A DNA stretch of 64,000 nt from a virus, in the IMG/VR virus record IMGVR_UViG_3300047510_002627, positions 32,001-96,000 of that record, one strand, 5' to 3'. The translations under genes were made by a program, and so were the position numbers. Below, in pieces: positions 11,320 through 20,899 of this stretch. The notes under the pieces were generated by a model, which made no database searches, was not told the DNA's origin, and worked only from the letters and a program-made list of their open reading frames with translations. The stretch's first letter is position 1; each line of letters starts with the position of its first letter.

Positions 11320-12714
11320 ATGTTAAACGAAGATCATAAAGCAATTGCCTCAGGCAAAAGAAAAGACGACGAAGGTTATATGGCCACAGTCGAGTTTGAC
11401 CAAATAGAAAGATCTATTGAAAAACTTCGTAAAGTTATAAAATCAAAAGACCAACAACTTCCTGCTTGGGTTCAATCGAAAATAACAAGAGCAGCAGATT
11501 TTATTGATACCGCAGCAGAATACCTTCAAAGTGATGAAGGATTGGAAGAAGGAAAAGATCCAAGTTTTGCAGTTAAAAAGTCATCTGGAGCTGGTGCATT
11601 AACTCCAGATGCTGCAAAACAACTTGGTCCAAAAGCAATTGAATTGCAAAAAAAGAAAGCGGCATCAGTAGGTTTGCCAAAGATAAAAAAAGAAGAAGTA
11701 TCTTTGGTAGAAAAGATCCTTGGTGAAGAGACATGTGGAAAAGGAATGTATTGGTGCAACACTGATAAGGTTTGCAAACCTTTACCAAAAGGATTTGATG
11801 TTCCTGGTCAATCAAAAAAACCAACCGAAGTTGGTATTGGTAAAAACGTTGATGGGTCAAAAACATGTGCCCATACGAAAAAAGGCGAATCTTGTCCGGT
11901 TCATGGAAAAAAAGAATGCCCAATGAGCGAAGAAAAAGATCCAAAGGGACCAGTTAAAGCGTACAAATCCCCAGAAGAAATTGCTAAAAAGCATGGTGTT
12001 TCTTTGGAACTTATTAAGAAGCAACTTGAAATGGGGATCAAAGTTGAAGGGGAGCATACTTCTAATAAAACTTCAGCAAAAATTACCGCACTTCAACATT
12101 TAGATGAAGTACCAGATTATTACTCAAAATTAAAAAAAGTTGAATCTAAAAAAAGTGTTTCTGAAGCAACAAGAATACAAGCAAAAACTGGAAATATTGT
12201 TGCAATTACAGTTTCATGGAGGGGAAAATATTATTATATTCAAATGTTCTTCCCACAATTGAGACTTCCATCAAGAAAAGAAATATCCCTGGAAGTTCAA
12301 AAAATATATCCAGATTCAAGAGTTATTTCTTATAAAATATCAGATTTGAAACCAGGAGAACCATTTCTTCAAATTTCCAACACACCTTCAAAAAATTACT
12401 TATTAAATAATAAAACAGTTGGAGAAGGGGTTGAAATATCAGAAGCAAAAAAGTCTGAGATGCCTTGTAATAAACCAAAAGCACAAGCACATGGTTCTGG
12501 TGAACAAGGCAAATCTCATGTAGTAAAAGCATGTGAAAATGGAAAAGAAAAACTCATAAGATTTGGTCAACTTGGAGTAAAAGGATCTCCCAAGAAAAAA
12601 GGAGAATCCGAAGAATATGCAAATCGTCGTGAAAGATTTAAGTCAAGACATGCAAAAAATATTGCAAAGGGAAAGATGAGTGCTGCATATTGGGCAAATA
12701 GAGTTAAATGGTAG
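11320..12714 (+). CDS. Modular late protein, probable internal head protein/polyprotein (Cys-rich modules and a DUF5661-like module)
   Basis: 464 aa of distinct modules, each preceded by an xE motif; GATAAATA box at 11288-11295; inserted between g16 and g17. Confidence 0.6.
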   Translation: MLNEDHKAIASGKRKDDEGYMATVEFDQIERSIEKLRKVIKSKDQQLPAWVQSKITRAADFIDTAAEYLQSDEGLEEGKDPSFAVKKSSGAGALTPDAAKQLGPKAIELQKKKAASVGLPKIKKEEVSLVEKILGEETCGKGMYWCNTDKVCKPLPKGFDVPGQSKKPTEVGIGKNVDGSKTCAHTKKGESCPVHGKKECPMSEEKDPKGPVKAYKSPEEIAKKHGVSLELIKKQLEMGIKVEGEHTSNKTSAKITALQHLDEVPDYYSKLKKVESKKSVSEATRIQAKTGNIVAITVSWRGKYYYIQMFFPQLRLPSRKEISLEVQKIYPDSRVISYKISDLKPGEPFLQISNTPSKNYLLNNKTVGEGVEISEAKKSEMPCNKPKAQAHGSGEQGKSHVVKACENGKEKLIRFGQLGVKGSPKKKGESEEYANRRERFKSRHAKNIAKGKMSAAYWANRVKW

Positions 12715-12721
12715 GTAATTT

Positions 12722-14371
12722 ATGAGTGATGAACATTATCTCGGTAATCCGCTTTTAAAAAAAGCGAATACTGCTATTGAATTTACAGCAGAACAAATTG
12801 AAGAAATTGGAAAATGCTATGATGATCCCCTTTATTTTGCAGAGCATTATGTGCAAATTGTAACAATTGACAAGGGATTACAACCATTTAAAATGTATCC
12901 CTTCCAAAAAAACATGATTAAACGGTTTCATGATAACCGTTTTAATATATGCAAACTACCTCGTCAGTCTGGAAAATCTACTACAGTCTGTGCATTTTTA
13001 TTGCATTATGCAATTTTTAATGACAATGTGAATATTGCGATTCTTGCAAACAAAGCAAATACCGCAAGAGATCTTCTTCAAAGATTGCAAACAGGATATG
13101 AGAATCTTCCGAAATGGTTGCAGCAGGGAGTTCTATCTTGGAATAAAGGTTCTTTAGAATTAGAAAATAAATCAAGGATTTTTGCTGCTTCGACATCAGC
13201 ATCATCAGTAAGAGGAAGTACTTTTAATATCATCTTTTTGGACGAATTTGCATTCGTACCAAATACAGTTGCAGATAATTTTTTCAGTTCAGTATATCCT
13301 ACTATTACTTCTGGACAATCATCAAAAGTTATAATTGTTTCTACTCCATTTGGAATGAACCATTTTTATAAACTTTGGGATGATGCACAAAAAAAGAAAA
13401 ATAGTTATGTTCCTACAGAAGTTCATTGGACTGATGTTCCAGGAAGAGATGAAAAATTTAAAGCAACTACAATTGCAAATACCTCGGAATCACAATGGAG
13501 ACAAGAATTTGAATGTCAGTTTCTTGGATCTACTGATACCTTAATATCTGGAGCAAAATTAAATAATCTTACTTTTGATACTCCACTTCAATCCCATAAT
13601 GGATTTGATGTTTACGAGTTTCCTCAAAAAGATCATAATTATGTAATAACTGTTGACGTTGCTAGAGGGGTAGAAAAAGACTACTCTGCATTTACAGTAA
13701 TAGATATATCTCAGTTTCCTCATAGGTTGGTTGCAAAATATAGGAATAATCAAATAAGACCCATCGTTTTTCCCCAAACTATACGAGAAATTGCAAAAAG
13801 TTATAATAGAGCATATGTTTTATGTGAGGTTAATGATGTTGGAGATCAAGTTGCTGCTGGACTTTTTTATGATCTAGAATATGAAAATGTTCTTATGTCT
13901 TCTATGAGAGGAAGAGCAGGACAAGTTCTCGGGCAAGGATTTTCTGGGAAAAAAGTTCAATTGGGAGTTAAAATGTCAAAGGCAACCAAAAAAGTTGGTT
14001 GCTTAAATTTAAAGGCTCTTATAGAAGAAGACAAATTATTAATTTCGGATTTTGACACTATTTCAGAATTAACAACTTTTATACAAAAACATGGATCATT
14101 TGAAGCAGAAGAAGGAAGAAATGATGATTTAGTCATGTGTCTTGTGATATATTCTTGGTTGATTCAACAAGATTATTTTAAAGAATTGACAGATCAAGAT
14201 ATTAGAAAAAGATTATATGATGAGCAAAAAAATCAAATTGAACAGGACATGGCACCATTTGGATTTGTTAGTGATGGTATAACAGATGATACTTCCTTTG
14301 TTGATCAAAGTGGTGATCGGTGGCACGTCGATGAGTATGGAGATATGGCGTATATGTGGGATTATATTTAA
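12722..14371 (+). CDS. g17: Terminase large subunit gp17
   Basis: Walker A PRQSGKST, Walker B IIFLDEFAF, nuclease VDVARG...DYSAF and DDLVM motifs. Confidence 0.97.
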   Translation: MSDEHYLGNPLLKKANTAIEFTAEQIEEIGKCYDDPLYFAEHYVQIVTIDKGLQPFKMYPFQKNMIKRFHDNRFNICKLPRQSGKSTTVCAFLLHYAIFNDNVNIAILANKANTARDLLQRLQTGYENLPKWLQQGVLSWNKGSLELENKSRIFAASTSASSVRGSTFNIIFLDEFAFVPNTVADNFFSSVYPTITSGQSSKVIIVSTPFGMNHFYKLWDDAQKKKNSYVPTEVHWTDVPGRDEKFKATTIANTSESQWRQEFECQFLGSTDTLISGAKLNNLTFDTPLQSHNGFDVYEFPQKDHNYVITVDVARGVEKDYSAFTVIDISQFPHRLVAKYRNNQIRPIVFPQTIREIAKSYNRAYVLCEVNDVGDQVAAGLFYDLEYENVLMSSMRGRAGQVLGQGFSGKKVQLGVKMSKATKKVGCLNLKALIEEDKLLISDFDTISELTTFIQKHGSFEAEEGRNDDLVMCLVIYSWLIQQDYFKELTDQDIRKRLYDEQKNQIEQDMAPFGFVSDGITDDTSFVDQSGDRWHVDEYGDMAYMWDYI

Positions 14372-14432
14372 TTCCTGAAAAAACTGATTTTAATAAATAT
14401 TTCTTAGATAAACTGAGTCTTAGGAGAAAAAC

Positions 14433-17141
14433 ATGGCGACTCCTCAATTATCTCCTGGTGTATTAATCAGGGAAGTTGATTTAACGGTAGGAAGGATCGA
14501 CAACATTATTGACAATATTGGAGCAATTGCTGGGCCCTTTGTAAAAGGTCCAGTAGAAGATCCAATTACAATTGAAACGGAAGACGAATTACTCAAGGTT
14601 TTTGGTCCACCAGTATCATCTGATAATCAGTATGAATATTGGTTGACAGCATCATCATTCCTCTCTTATGGGGGAATTCTTAAAGTTGTAAGAACCGATT
14701 CAGACGTAATTGTAAACTCAAGCACAAGAACCCAATTTGTTGGAGAAGTTGCTTCAATCACATCTGGAGATGATATTACTGTTGGTGCTGCTATTACAGT
14801 AGTATCCGGAAGAGCAGATGATGCAAGAACTTATGTTTCACAAACATTCGTTCTTGGAGAAATTGGAGCTGGAAACACAACTGGATACGGATATACAACA
14901 TCATCCGCAGGTTCAGGACTGATTATTTCTGTTGGTCTTGGAACCACAGGATCTGTAGAAGCACTTTCAATCATCAACAATGGTGAAGGATACAGTGCTG
15001 GAGATTCACTTTTCATCAATGATATCATTTTTGGAAACCCAGCTGGTGACACTCCTGTTCAATTAAAAATAAGTGCTGGCGCTGTTGCTACAGAGCAAGT
15101 TGAAAATATTATTGCTGATGAAGAGTTAAAGATTAAAAATGATGCTGACTATGAAGGTCAGCAAGAAGATGTAGGAGTTGCTTACCTGTATGCTGGTAAA
15201 AACCCAGGAACATGGTCAAATGGACTTGCAGTCGCATTTATTGATGACCTTGGAGATCAAATTTTAGATCTTACAGATTCTGGAGCAACTGTCAGCAATA
15301 TTCAAGTTGGATATGGAGTTACAGTTACTCTCGATCAAGTAAGAAGACCAGTAAGACGAACTGGAAGAAATGATGAAGGTGGTGGATTCTTCACCGAAGA
15401 TGGATTCCTGAAAGGAATTGTAACAGGTGTTTCAACAGATACCAGCGAAGTAGTTGTAAGAGTTGTTTCAAAAGTTGCTCTTGATGGATCAGAAACTCCT
15501 GTTGAGTACAAGAATAGATCAAGACACTCTTCATTCAAACCAAATACTCAAATTGCATTTGTAGATGAGAATGGATCAGTTATTGAAACTGCAAATATTC
15601 TTCAGGGAAGCAAAGTAAAAGACTGGTATAATGAGCAATTTATTAGTCTTGAAACTGGAAACATTCTTTGGAAAGCAATTGCACAAAAGCCATCTACTAA
15701 TCAGTGGGTAGCAGAAAGAAAGGGAAGAAATGATGCCCTTCACCTTGCAGTATTTGATGATCTTGGAACAGTAACTGGCATCAAGGGAAATCTTCTTGAA
15801 AAGTTTGTTTCTCTTTCAAAGGCAAAGGATGCAATTTCTGCGATTAATCCTCCACAAAGAGTTTATTGGAAGGATTATGTTGCACAAAATTCAGCATATA
15901 TCTTTGTTGGCGATAACCCATCAGATATTTCAAATCAAGAAAGAACTTATTCTTCTGGATTTGACCTTGGAACATCTGTTGCTGGATTTGGAAATCTGAC
16001 TCCAGTATCTCAGGCAGACGGTCTTTGGAATGTGTCAGGAAAAGAGAGAGTATTCTCTGTTCTTGGTTCAAAACTCTATAGACTTTCGGGTGGTAAGGAT
16101 TACACCCCAGTTCTGTCAACAACAACTGCTGCAGCAGCATCACCTACTGCCGCATTGACCATTGCACAGACTCAGAATGCCTCCACTGTAACGTTGACTG
16201 AAACAGTTACAATCGGTTCATTCAAAGCATCTCTTGGAGATCTGTTAAATGCATATGATTACTTCGCAGACGAAGATGAAATTGCACTTGATTATCTCTT
16301 GATGGGACCAGGACTTGAGAACAAGGAAGAATCCCAAGCAAAAGCTCAAAACTTGATTGCAATTGCTAACGAAAGAAGAGATTGTATTGCATGTATTTCT
16401 CCACACAGAGGAGATGTTGTTCCCGATGGATTCTCCTTCAAGAGCACTGATGATATGACTGATGATGTAGTTGAGTTCTTCTCAACTCTTGCATCTTCAT
16501 CCTATGCAGTGTTTGATAGTGGATATAAGTACATGTATGATAGATTTAATGATGCCTTCAGATATATCCCATGTAATGGAGACATTGCTGGTCTGATGGT
16601 AAGAACATCTATTGACAGATATCCATGGTTCTCCCCTGCTGGACAACAAAGAGGTATCATTAACAATGCAGTTAAACTTGCATATAATCCAACTAAAGCA
16701 CAAAGAGATAGACTCTATGTTGCAAGAGTAAATCCAGTTATTACTCAATCTGGACTTGGAACACTGCTCTTCGGAGATAAGACCGCTCTTGGATATGCTT
16801 CTGCATTCGATAGAATTAACGTTCGTAGATTGTTCCTCTATGTTGAGCAATCACTCAAGTCACTTGCTGATGCACAACTCTTTGAATTGAATGACGAAAT
16901 TACAAGATCCAACTTCGTTTCAGTCGTAGAGCCATTCCTTGCAGATATTCAAGCAAAGAGAGGTCTTTATGGATATCTGGTTGTTTGTGATGAGACAAAT
17001 AATACACCAGATATTATTGATAATAATGAGTTTAGAGCAGACATTTATCTGCAACCAACTAAATCCATCAATTACGTAACATTAACATTTGTTGCGACTA
17101 GAACGGGAATTAGTTTCGGTGAAATTACCGGTACAGTTTGA
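14433..17141 (+). CDS. g18: Tail sheath protein gp18
   Basis: LSPGVLIREVDLT N-terminus; PWFSPAG and FDRINVRRLF motifs; AATAAATA at 14392-14399; GGAGA RBS. Confidence 0.97.
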   Translation: MATPQLSPGVLIREVDLTVGRIDNIIDNIGAIAGPFVKGPVEDPITIETEDELLKVFGPPVSSDNQYEYWLTASSFLSYGGILKVVRTDSDVIVNSSTRTQFVGEVASITSGDDITVGAAITVVSGRADDARTYVSQTFVLGEIGAGNTTGYGYTTSSAGSGLIISVGLGTTGSVEALSIINNGEGYSAGDSLFINDIIFGNPAGDTPVQLKISAGAVATEQVENIIADEELKIKNDADYEGQQEDVGVAYLYAGKNPGTWSNGLAVAFIDDLGDQILDLTDSGATVSNIQVGYGVTVTLDQVRRPVRRTGRNDEGGGFFTEDGFLKGIVTGVSTDTSEVVVRVVSKVALDGSETPVEYKNRSRHSSFKPNTQIAFVDENGSVIETANILQGSKVKDWYNEQFISLETGNILWKAIAQKPSTNQWVAERKGRNDALHLAVFDDLGTVTGIKGNLLEKFVSLSKAKDAISAINPPQRVYWKDYVAQNSAYIFVGDNPSDISNQERTYSSGFDLGTSVAGFGNLTPVSQADGLWNVSGKERVFSVLGSKLYRLSGGKDYTPVLSTTTAAAASPTAALTIAQTQNASTVTLTETVTIGSFKASLGDLLNAYDYFADEDEIALDYLLMGPGLENKEESQAKAQNLIAIANERRDCIACISPHRGDVVPDGFSFKSTDDMTDDVVEFFSTLASSSYAVFDSGYKYMYDRFNDAFRYIPCNGDIAGLMVRTSIDRYPWFSPAGQQRGIINNAVKLAYNPTKAQRDRLYVARVNPVITQSGLGTLLFGDKTALGYASAFDRINVRRLFLYVEQSLKSLADAQLFELNDEITRSNFVSVVEPFLADIQAKRGLYGYLVVCDETNNTPDIIDNNEFRADIYLQPTKSINYVTLTFVATRTGISFGEITGTV

Positions 17142-17176
17142 TTTTCGTAATTAATTTCAAATAAGGAGGAACAAAA

Positions 17177-17896
17177 ATGGCATTTGGAAGTTACGCAACA
17201 AGCAATTCTCCCGCCCTTAAAAACTTAACCGAGTTTAAAACTAAGTTACGTGGTGGGGGTGCAAGACCAAATCTTTTTGAGGTCAACATTGAATCATTCC
17301 CAGATGTAATAAAGGCCTACTGGACAAAAGAAGATAGAGAAGATTTCTCTTTCTTATGCAAGGCAGCTGCTTTGCCAGCGTCTAATGTTGCAGCAATTGA
17401 TGTTCCTTTCAGAGGACGTATTTTTAAAGTTGCTGGTGATCGTACATTCGACACTTGGACAGTTACTGTCATCAATGATGAGGACTTCAACCTCAGACAT
17501 GCCTTTGAAATGTGGATGAACCACATTTCCAAGTTGGATAATGCTTCTGGAGCTGTTAATCCACAGTCTTACATGACTGATGCAATTGTTTATCAGTTTG
17601 GTAGATCAAACAAGAGAAATGGTAGACAAGTTCAGGATGAAGCTGGAAAACTGGGTTCATCCGCACCACCAAACACGGGATCTTTCAAACCACCAGTTTT
17701 GAGAGCATATAAAATGCATGACATTTTCCCAACAAATGTGTCTCAAATTGATCTTTCATATGATACAGGCGACACAATTGAAGAATTCACTGTAGAATTC
17801 CAAATTAACTGGTTTGAAATTGAAGATACGGCTAATGGATCAAGTGGAAATGATTCTGAAGTTGGAGGTCAGGCTCCTAACCTGAGAGTAACCTAA
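17177..17896 (+). CDS. g19: Tail tube protein gp19
   Basis: GGGARPNLFEV, VPFRGR...AGDRTFDTW and IEEFTVEF motifs; AAGGAGG RBS. Confidence 0.96.
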   Translation: MAFGSYATSNSPALKNLTEFKTKLRGGGARPNLFEVNIESFPDVIKAYWTKEDREDFSFLCKAAALPASNVAAIDVPFRGRIFKVAGDRTFDTWTVTVINDEDFNLRHAFEMWMNHISKLDNASGAVNPQSYMTDAIVYQFGRSNKRNGRQVQDEAGKLGSSAPPNTGSFKPPVLRAYKMHDIFPTNVSQIDLSYDTGDTIEEFTVEFQINWFEIEDTANGSSGNDSEVGGQAPNLRVT

Positions 17897-17939
17897 TAGA
17901 GTTGTCTAAATAATAGGAAATACCGCTTAACTTTTAATA

Positions 17940-19649
17940 ATGGCTAAATTGTTCGGATTTTCTATTGAAGACGACGATAAGTTACCAAAGTCCGCATTAT
18001 CCCCCGTCCCCATCAACAATGAGGACGGGGTTGACCACTATTTAACTAGTGGTTTTTTTGGTTCTTATGTTGACATTGAAGGTGTTTACAGAAATGAATT
18101 TGAGTTAATAAAAAGATATAGAGAGATGGCACTGCATCCAGAAGTGGACAGTGCCATTGAAGATATTGTGAACGAGGCTATTGTATCAGATACAAATGAT
18201 ACTCCCGTTCAAGTAGAACTTTCAAACCTTAATGCTAGTGATGGTATTAAGAAAAAAATTAGAGAGGAGTTTAAACATATTTTAAACTTATTAGATTTTG
18301 ATAAAAAATGCCATGAAATTTATAGAAATTGGTATATTGATGGAAGAATTTTTTATCATAAAGTAATCGATTTAAAAAGACCAGAAGATGGAATTCAGGA
18401 GTTAAGGTATATTGACTCCATGAAAATGCGTTATGTTAGACAAGAAAAGCAAAAGAAGCAAAGTAATGCAAGAACATCACAAATAGTGATGTCTTCTGGA
18501 TCGGAACAAAATCCAATGGATTTTACTTTTCCAGAAATTGAAGAGTATTTTCTCTACACTCCAAAATCTTCATATCCAGTTGGCAATACAAATCCTGGAC
18601 AACAAGGTGGAGCAAAAGGTGGGGGAATTAAAATTGCAAGAGATGCAGTTGCATATTGCACTTCAGGATTAGTAGATAGAAATAAAGGAACTACTCTTTC
18701 TTATTTGAATAAGGCAATTAAGTCTCTCAATCAACTTCGTATGATTGAAGATTCTCTAGTTATTTACAGACTTTCAAGAGCACCAGAACGTAGGATTTTT
18801 TACATTGACGTTGGTAATCTTCCAAAGATGAAGGCAGAGCAATACCTTCGTGATGTAATGATGCGTTATCGTAATAAACTGGTTTACGACTCCAATACTG
18901 GAGAAATTCGTGATGACAAAAAGTTTATGGCAATGCTTGAGGATTATTGGTTACCACGTAGAGAAGGTGGTAGAGGAACTGAAATTTCCACACTTCCAGG
19001 TGGACAAAACCTAGGAGAAATTACAGATATTAATTATTTTCAAAAGAAATTATATCGTTCACTTAATGTTCCCCCATCAAGAATGGATGGAGAAGGTGGT
19101 TTTAATCTTGGTCGTTCTTCTGAGATCTTAAGAGATGAACTTAAATTTACTAAGTTTGTTGGTCGCTTAAGAAAGAGATTTGCCAATTTATTTAACGACT
19201 TATTAAGAACTCAATTAATTCTTAAAAATATTATTACTCCAGAAGATTGGGAAATGATGTCTGAACACATTCAGTATGATTTCTTATATGATAATCACTT
19301 CTCAGAACTTAAAGATGCAGAGTTGATGACTGAAAGATTAAATCTTGCGGCAACTGCGGAACCTTATATCGGTAAATATTTCTCACAAGAATATGTAAGA
19401 ACTCAAATTCTTAAGCAAACTGACGGTGAAATTAAAGAAGAAGATGAAAAGATTAAAAAAGAAATTTCCAAAGGTATTATCCAAGATCCAAATGCAATGG
19501 TCGATCCAGAAACTGGATTACCTATGGATCCATCTGTAGTTCCTGGTGCAGATAATATAAATGGAGCATCGGGAAAGGTTCCATTGGATGGAAAAACACC
19601 AGAAGTTAATGGTAAAGTCGCAGAACCACCATCAATAAGAATGAAATAA
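17940..19649 (+). CDS. g20: Portal vertex protein gp20
   Basis: IYRLSRAPERRIFYIDVGNLPK and EDYWLPRREGGRGTEI motifs; TCTAAATA at 17905-17912. Confidence 0.98.
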   Translation: MAKLFGFSIEDDDKLPKSALSPVPINNEDGVDHYLTSGFFGSYVDIEGVYRNEFELIKRYREMALHPEVDSAIEDIVNEAIVSDTNDTPVQVELSNLNASDGIKKKIREEFKHILNLLDFDKKCHEIYRNWYIDGRIFYHKVIDLKRPEDGIQELRYIDSMKMRYVRQEKQKKQSNARTSQIVMSSGSEQNPMDFTFPEIEEYFLYTPKSSYPVGNTNPGQQGGAKGGGIKIARDAVAYCTSGLVDRNKGTTLSYLNKAIKSLNQLRMIEDSLVIYRLSRAPERRIFYIDVGNLPKMKAEQYLRDVMMRYRNKLVYDSNTGEIRDDKKFMAMLEDYWLPRREGGRGTEISTLPGGQNLGEITDINYFQKKLYRSLNVPPSRMDGEGGFNLGRSSEILRDELKFTKFVGRLRKRFANLFNDLLRTQLILKNIITPEDWEMMSEHIQYDFLYDNHFSELKDAELMTERLNLAATAEPYIGKYFSQEYVRTQILKQTDGEIKEEDEKIKKEISKGIIQDPNAMVDPETGLPMDPSVVPGADNINGASGKVPLDGKTPEVNGKVAEPPSIRMK

Positions 19650-19666
19650 TTTAATATTTTTATATT

Positions 19667-20392
19667 ATGGGAAAAGAAATTAAAGATAATTTAGATCCGG
19701 TTGAAGATTTTTTCTTTGGAATATCAAACGTAAAAGACTATCACAATGCTACTCATACCGCATTGGGGCATATGATTTATAGTCATTTTGAATGGGTCAA
19801 TGGAAAATTTTTTGAGGCCTTAATTGACTTTTTAAAAAAAGCAAAAATTGAATCCATGATTGATGTTGGTGGTTGTAATGGACATGTATCAAAATTATTA
19901 TTAGAGTTTATTGATACTTTGGAGCAAACAATTATTATTGAACCTGTTCCAAAAAACTATCATTTTATTAATTTTAGATTTTGTGATGAACCAAGGATAC
20001 AAGTATGTACAGATGCAATTTATTACGGAAAAGATTCATTATTATTAACTTCTGAAGATGGAAATTTGGGTGGATTTCATACTTCTAATCATGGATATGA
20101 AGTACCGACTACAACCTTAGAAAAATTTCCTGTACCAGATTTTTTAAAATTGGATGTTGAAGGAGCAGAATATAACATTATTGAAAATTCAACCATGTTA
20201 AAAAAAGTTCCTTTTATAAACATAGAATTTCATGACAGTGAAAATAACTCTTGTAATGACTGGGAAGATTATGTAACTAAACACTTTCCAGAGCATAAAA
20301 TTCATTTAAATGGCAAGAATTTTTTAAGATTTGATAATCTTTCGTATCATGAACAAGTTCTTTTAGTTCCTAAAAGATATAAAATCTCATAA
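19667..20392 (+). CDS. FkbM-family SAM-dependent methyltransferase
   Basis: IDVGGCNG SAM-binding motif, IEP, LKLDVEGAE and IEFH motifs. Confidence 0.85.
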   Translation: MGKEIKDNLDPVEDFFFGISNVKDYHNATHTALGHMIYSHFEWVNGKFFEALIDFLKKAKIESMIDVGGCNGHVSKLLLEFIDTLEQTIIIEPVPKNYHFINFRFCDEPRIQVCTDAIYYGKDSLLLTSEDGNLGGFHTSNHGYEVPTTTLEKFPVPDFLKLDVEGAEYNIIENSTMLKKVPFINIEFHDSENNSCNDWEDYVTKHFPEHKIHLNGKNFLRFDNLSYHEQVLLVPKRYKIS

Positions 20393-20419
20393 ATAACACG
20401 AAAACACAGAAAAACAATT

Positions 20420-20581
20420 ATGGAAAACATTGTTGATTTAATTACTTATGACGAGTCTCCATCGGAGATTAGTGACGCAATTAAAGATTCTTTATTTGCA
20501 AGAGCAGCAGAAAAAATTGAAAATATAAAACCAGATATTGCAGCATCTTTATTCGTATCGCCAGAGTATGAAGAAGAATAG
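20420..20581 (+). CDS. Small acidic conserved head-region protein (53 aa, not in the ORF track)
   Basis: Read by eye: MENIVDLITYDESPSEISDAIKDSLFARAAEKIENIKPDIAASLF...; preceded by CATAAATA at 20388-20395; occupies the position of T4 small prohead core genes. Confidence 0.7.
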   Translation: MENIVDLITYDESPSEISDAIKDSLFARAAEKIENIKPDIAASLFVSPEYEEE

Positions 20582-20583
20582 TT

Positions 20584-20607
20584 TATAAATATACCGTTCT
20601 ATAAATA
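20584..20607 (+). promoter_or_regulatory. Tandem T4-type late promoters (TATAAATA x2)
   Basis: Exact TATAAATA at 20584-20591 and 20600-20607, upstream of the g21 operon. Confidence 0.8.
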
Positions 20608-20634
20608 ATATTATAAAAATCGTTAATTATAATC

Positions 20635-20895
20635 ATGATCATTAAGCCCAAAGGTGTTGCTGTAAATATTGTTGGATCTGCTAGTTCTGTTCCAGATCTC
20701 AGTTCCATTGGAGCAACATTAGTGTCTCTTGTTAATACACAAGCATCAGCAGTTAGTGTTGCACTGAGTCCAGATGGGACAGATGTTTATATTGCAGCGG
20801 GCGAGAGGGTTTTACTCCAAAAAGCACCAGCAACCACTATTACTGTTGCCTCTGGTGATCCAGTATATGCAACTAACGTAGGATTCACAAATTAA
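20635..20895 (+). CDS. Small hypothetical protein, probably virion-associated
   Basis: 86-aa beta-rich ORF downstream of the late promoters and directly before g21. Confidence 0.65.
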   Translation: MIIKPKGVAVNIVGSASSVPDLSSIGATLVSLVNTQASAVSVALSPDGTDVYIAAGERVLLQKAPATTITVASGDPVYATNVGFTN

Positions 20896-20899
20896 TCTC

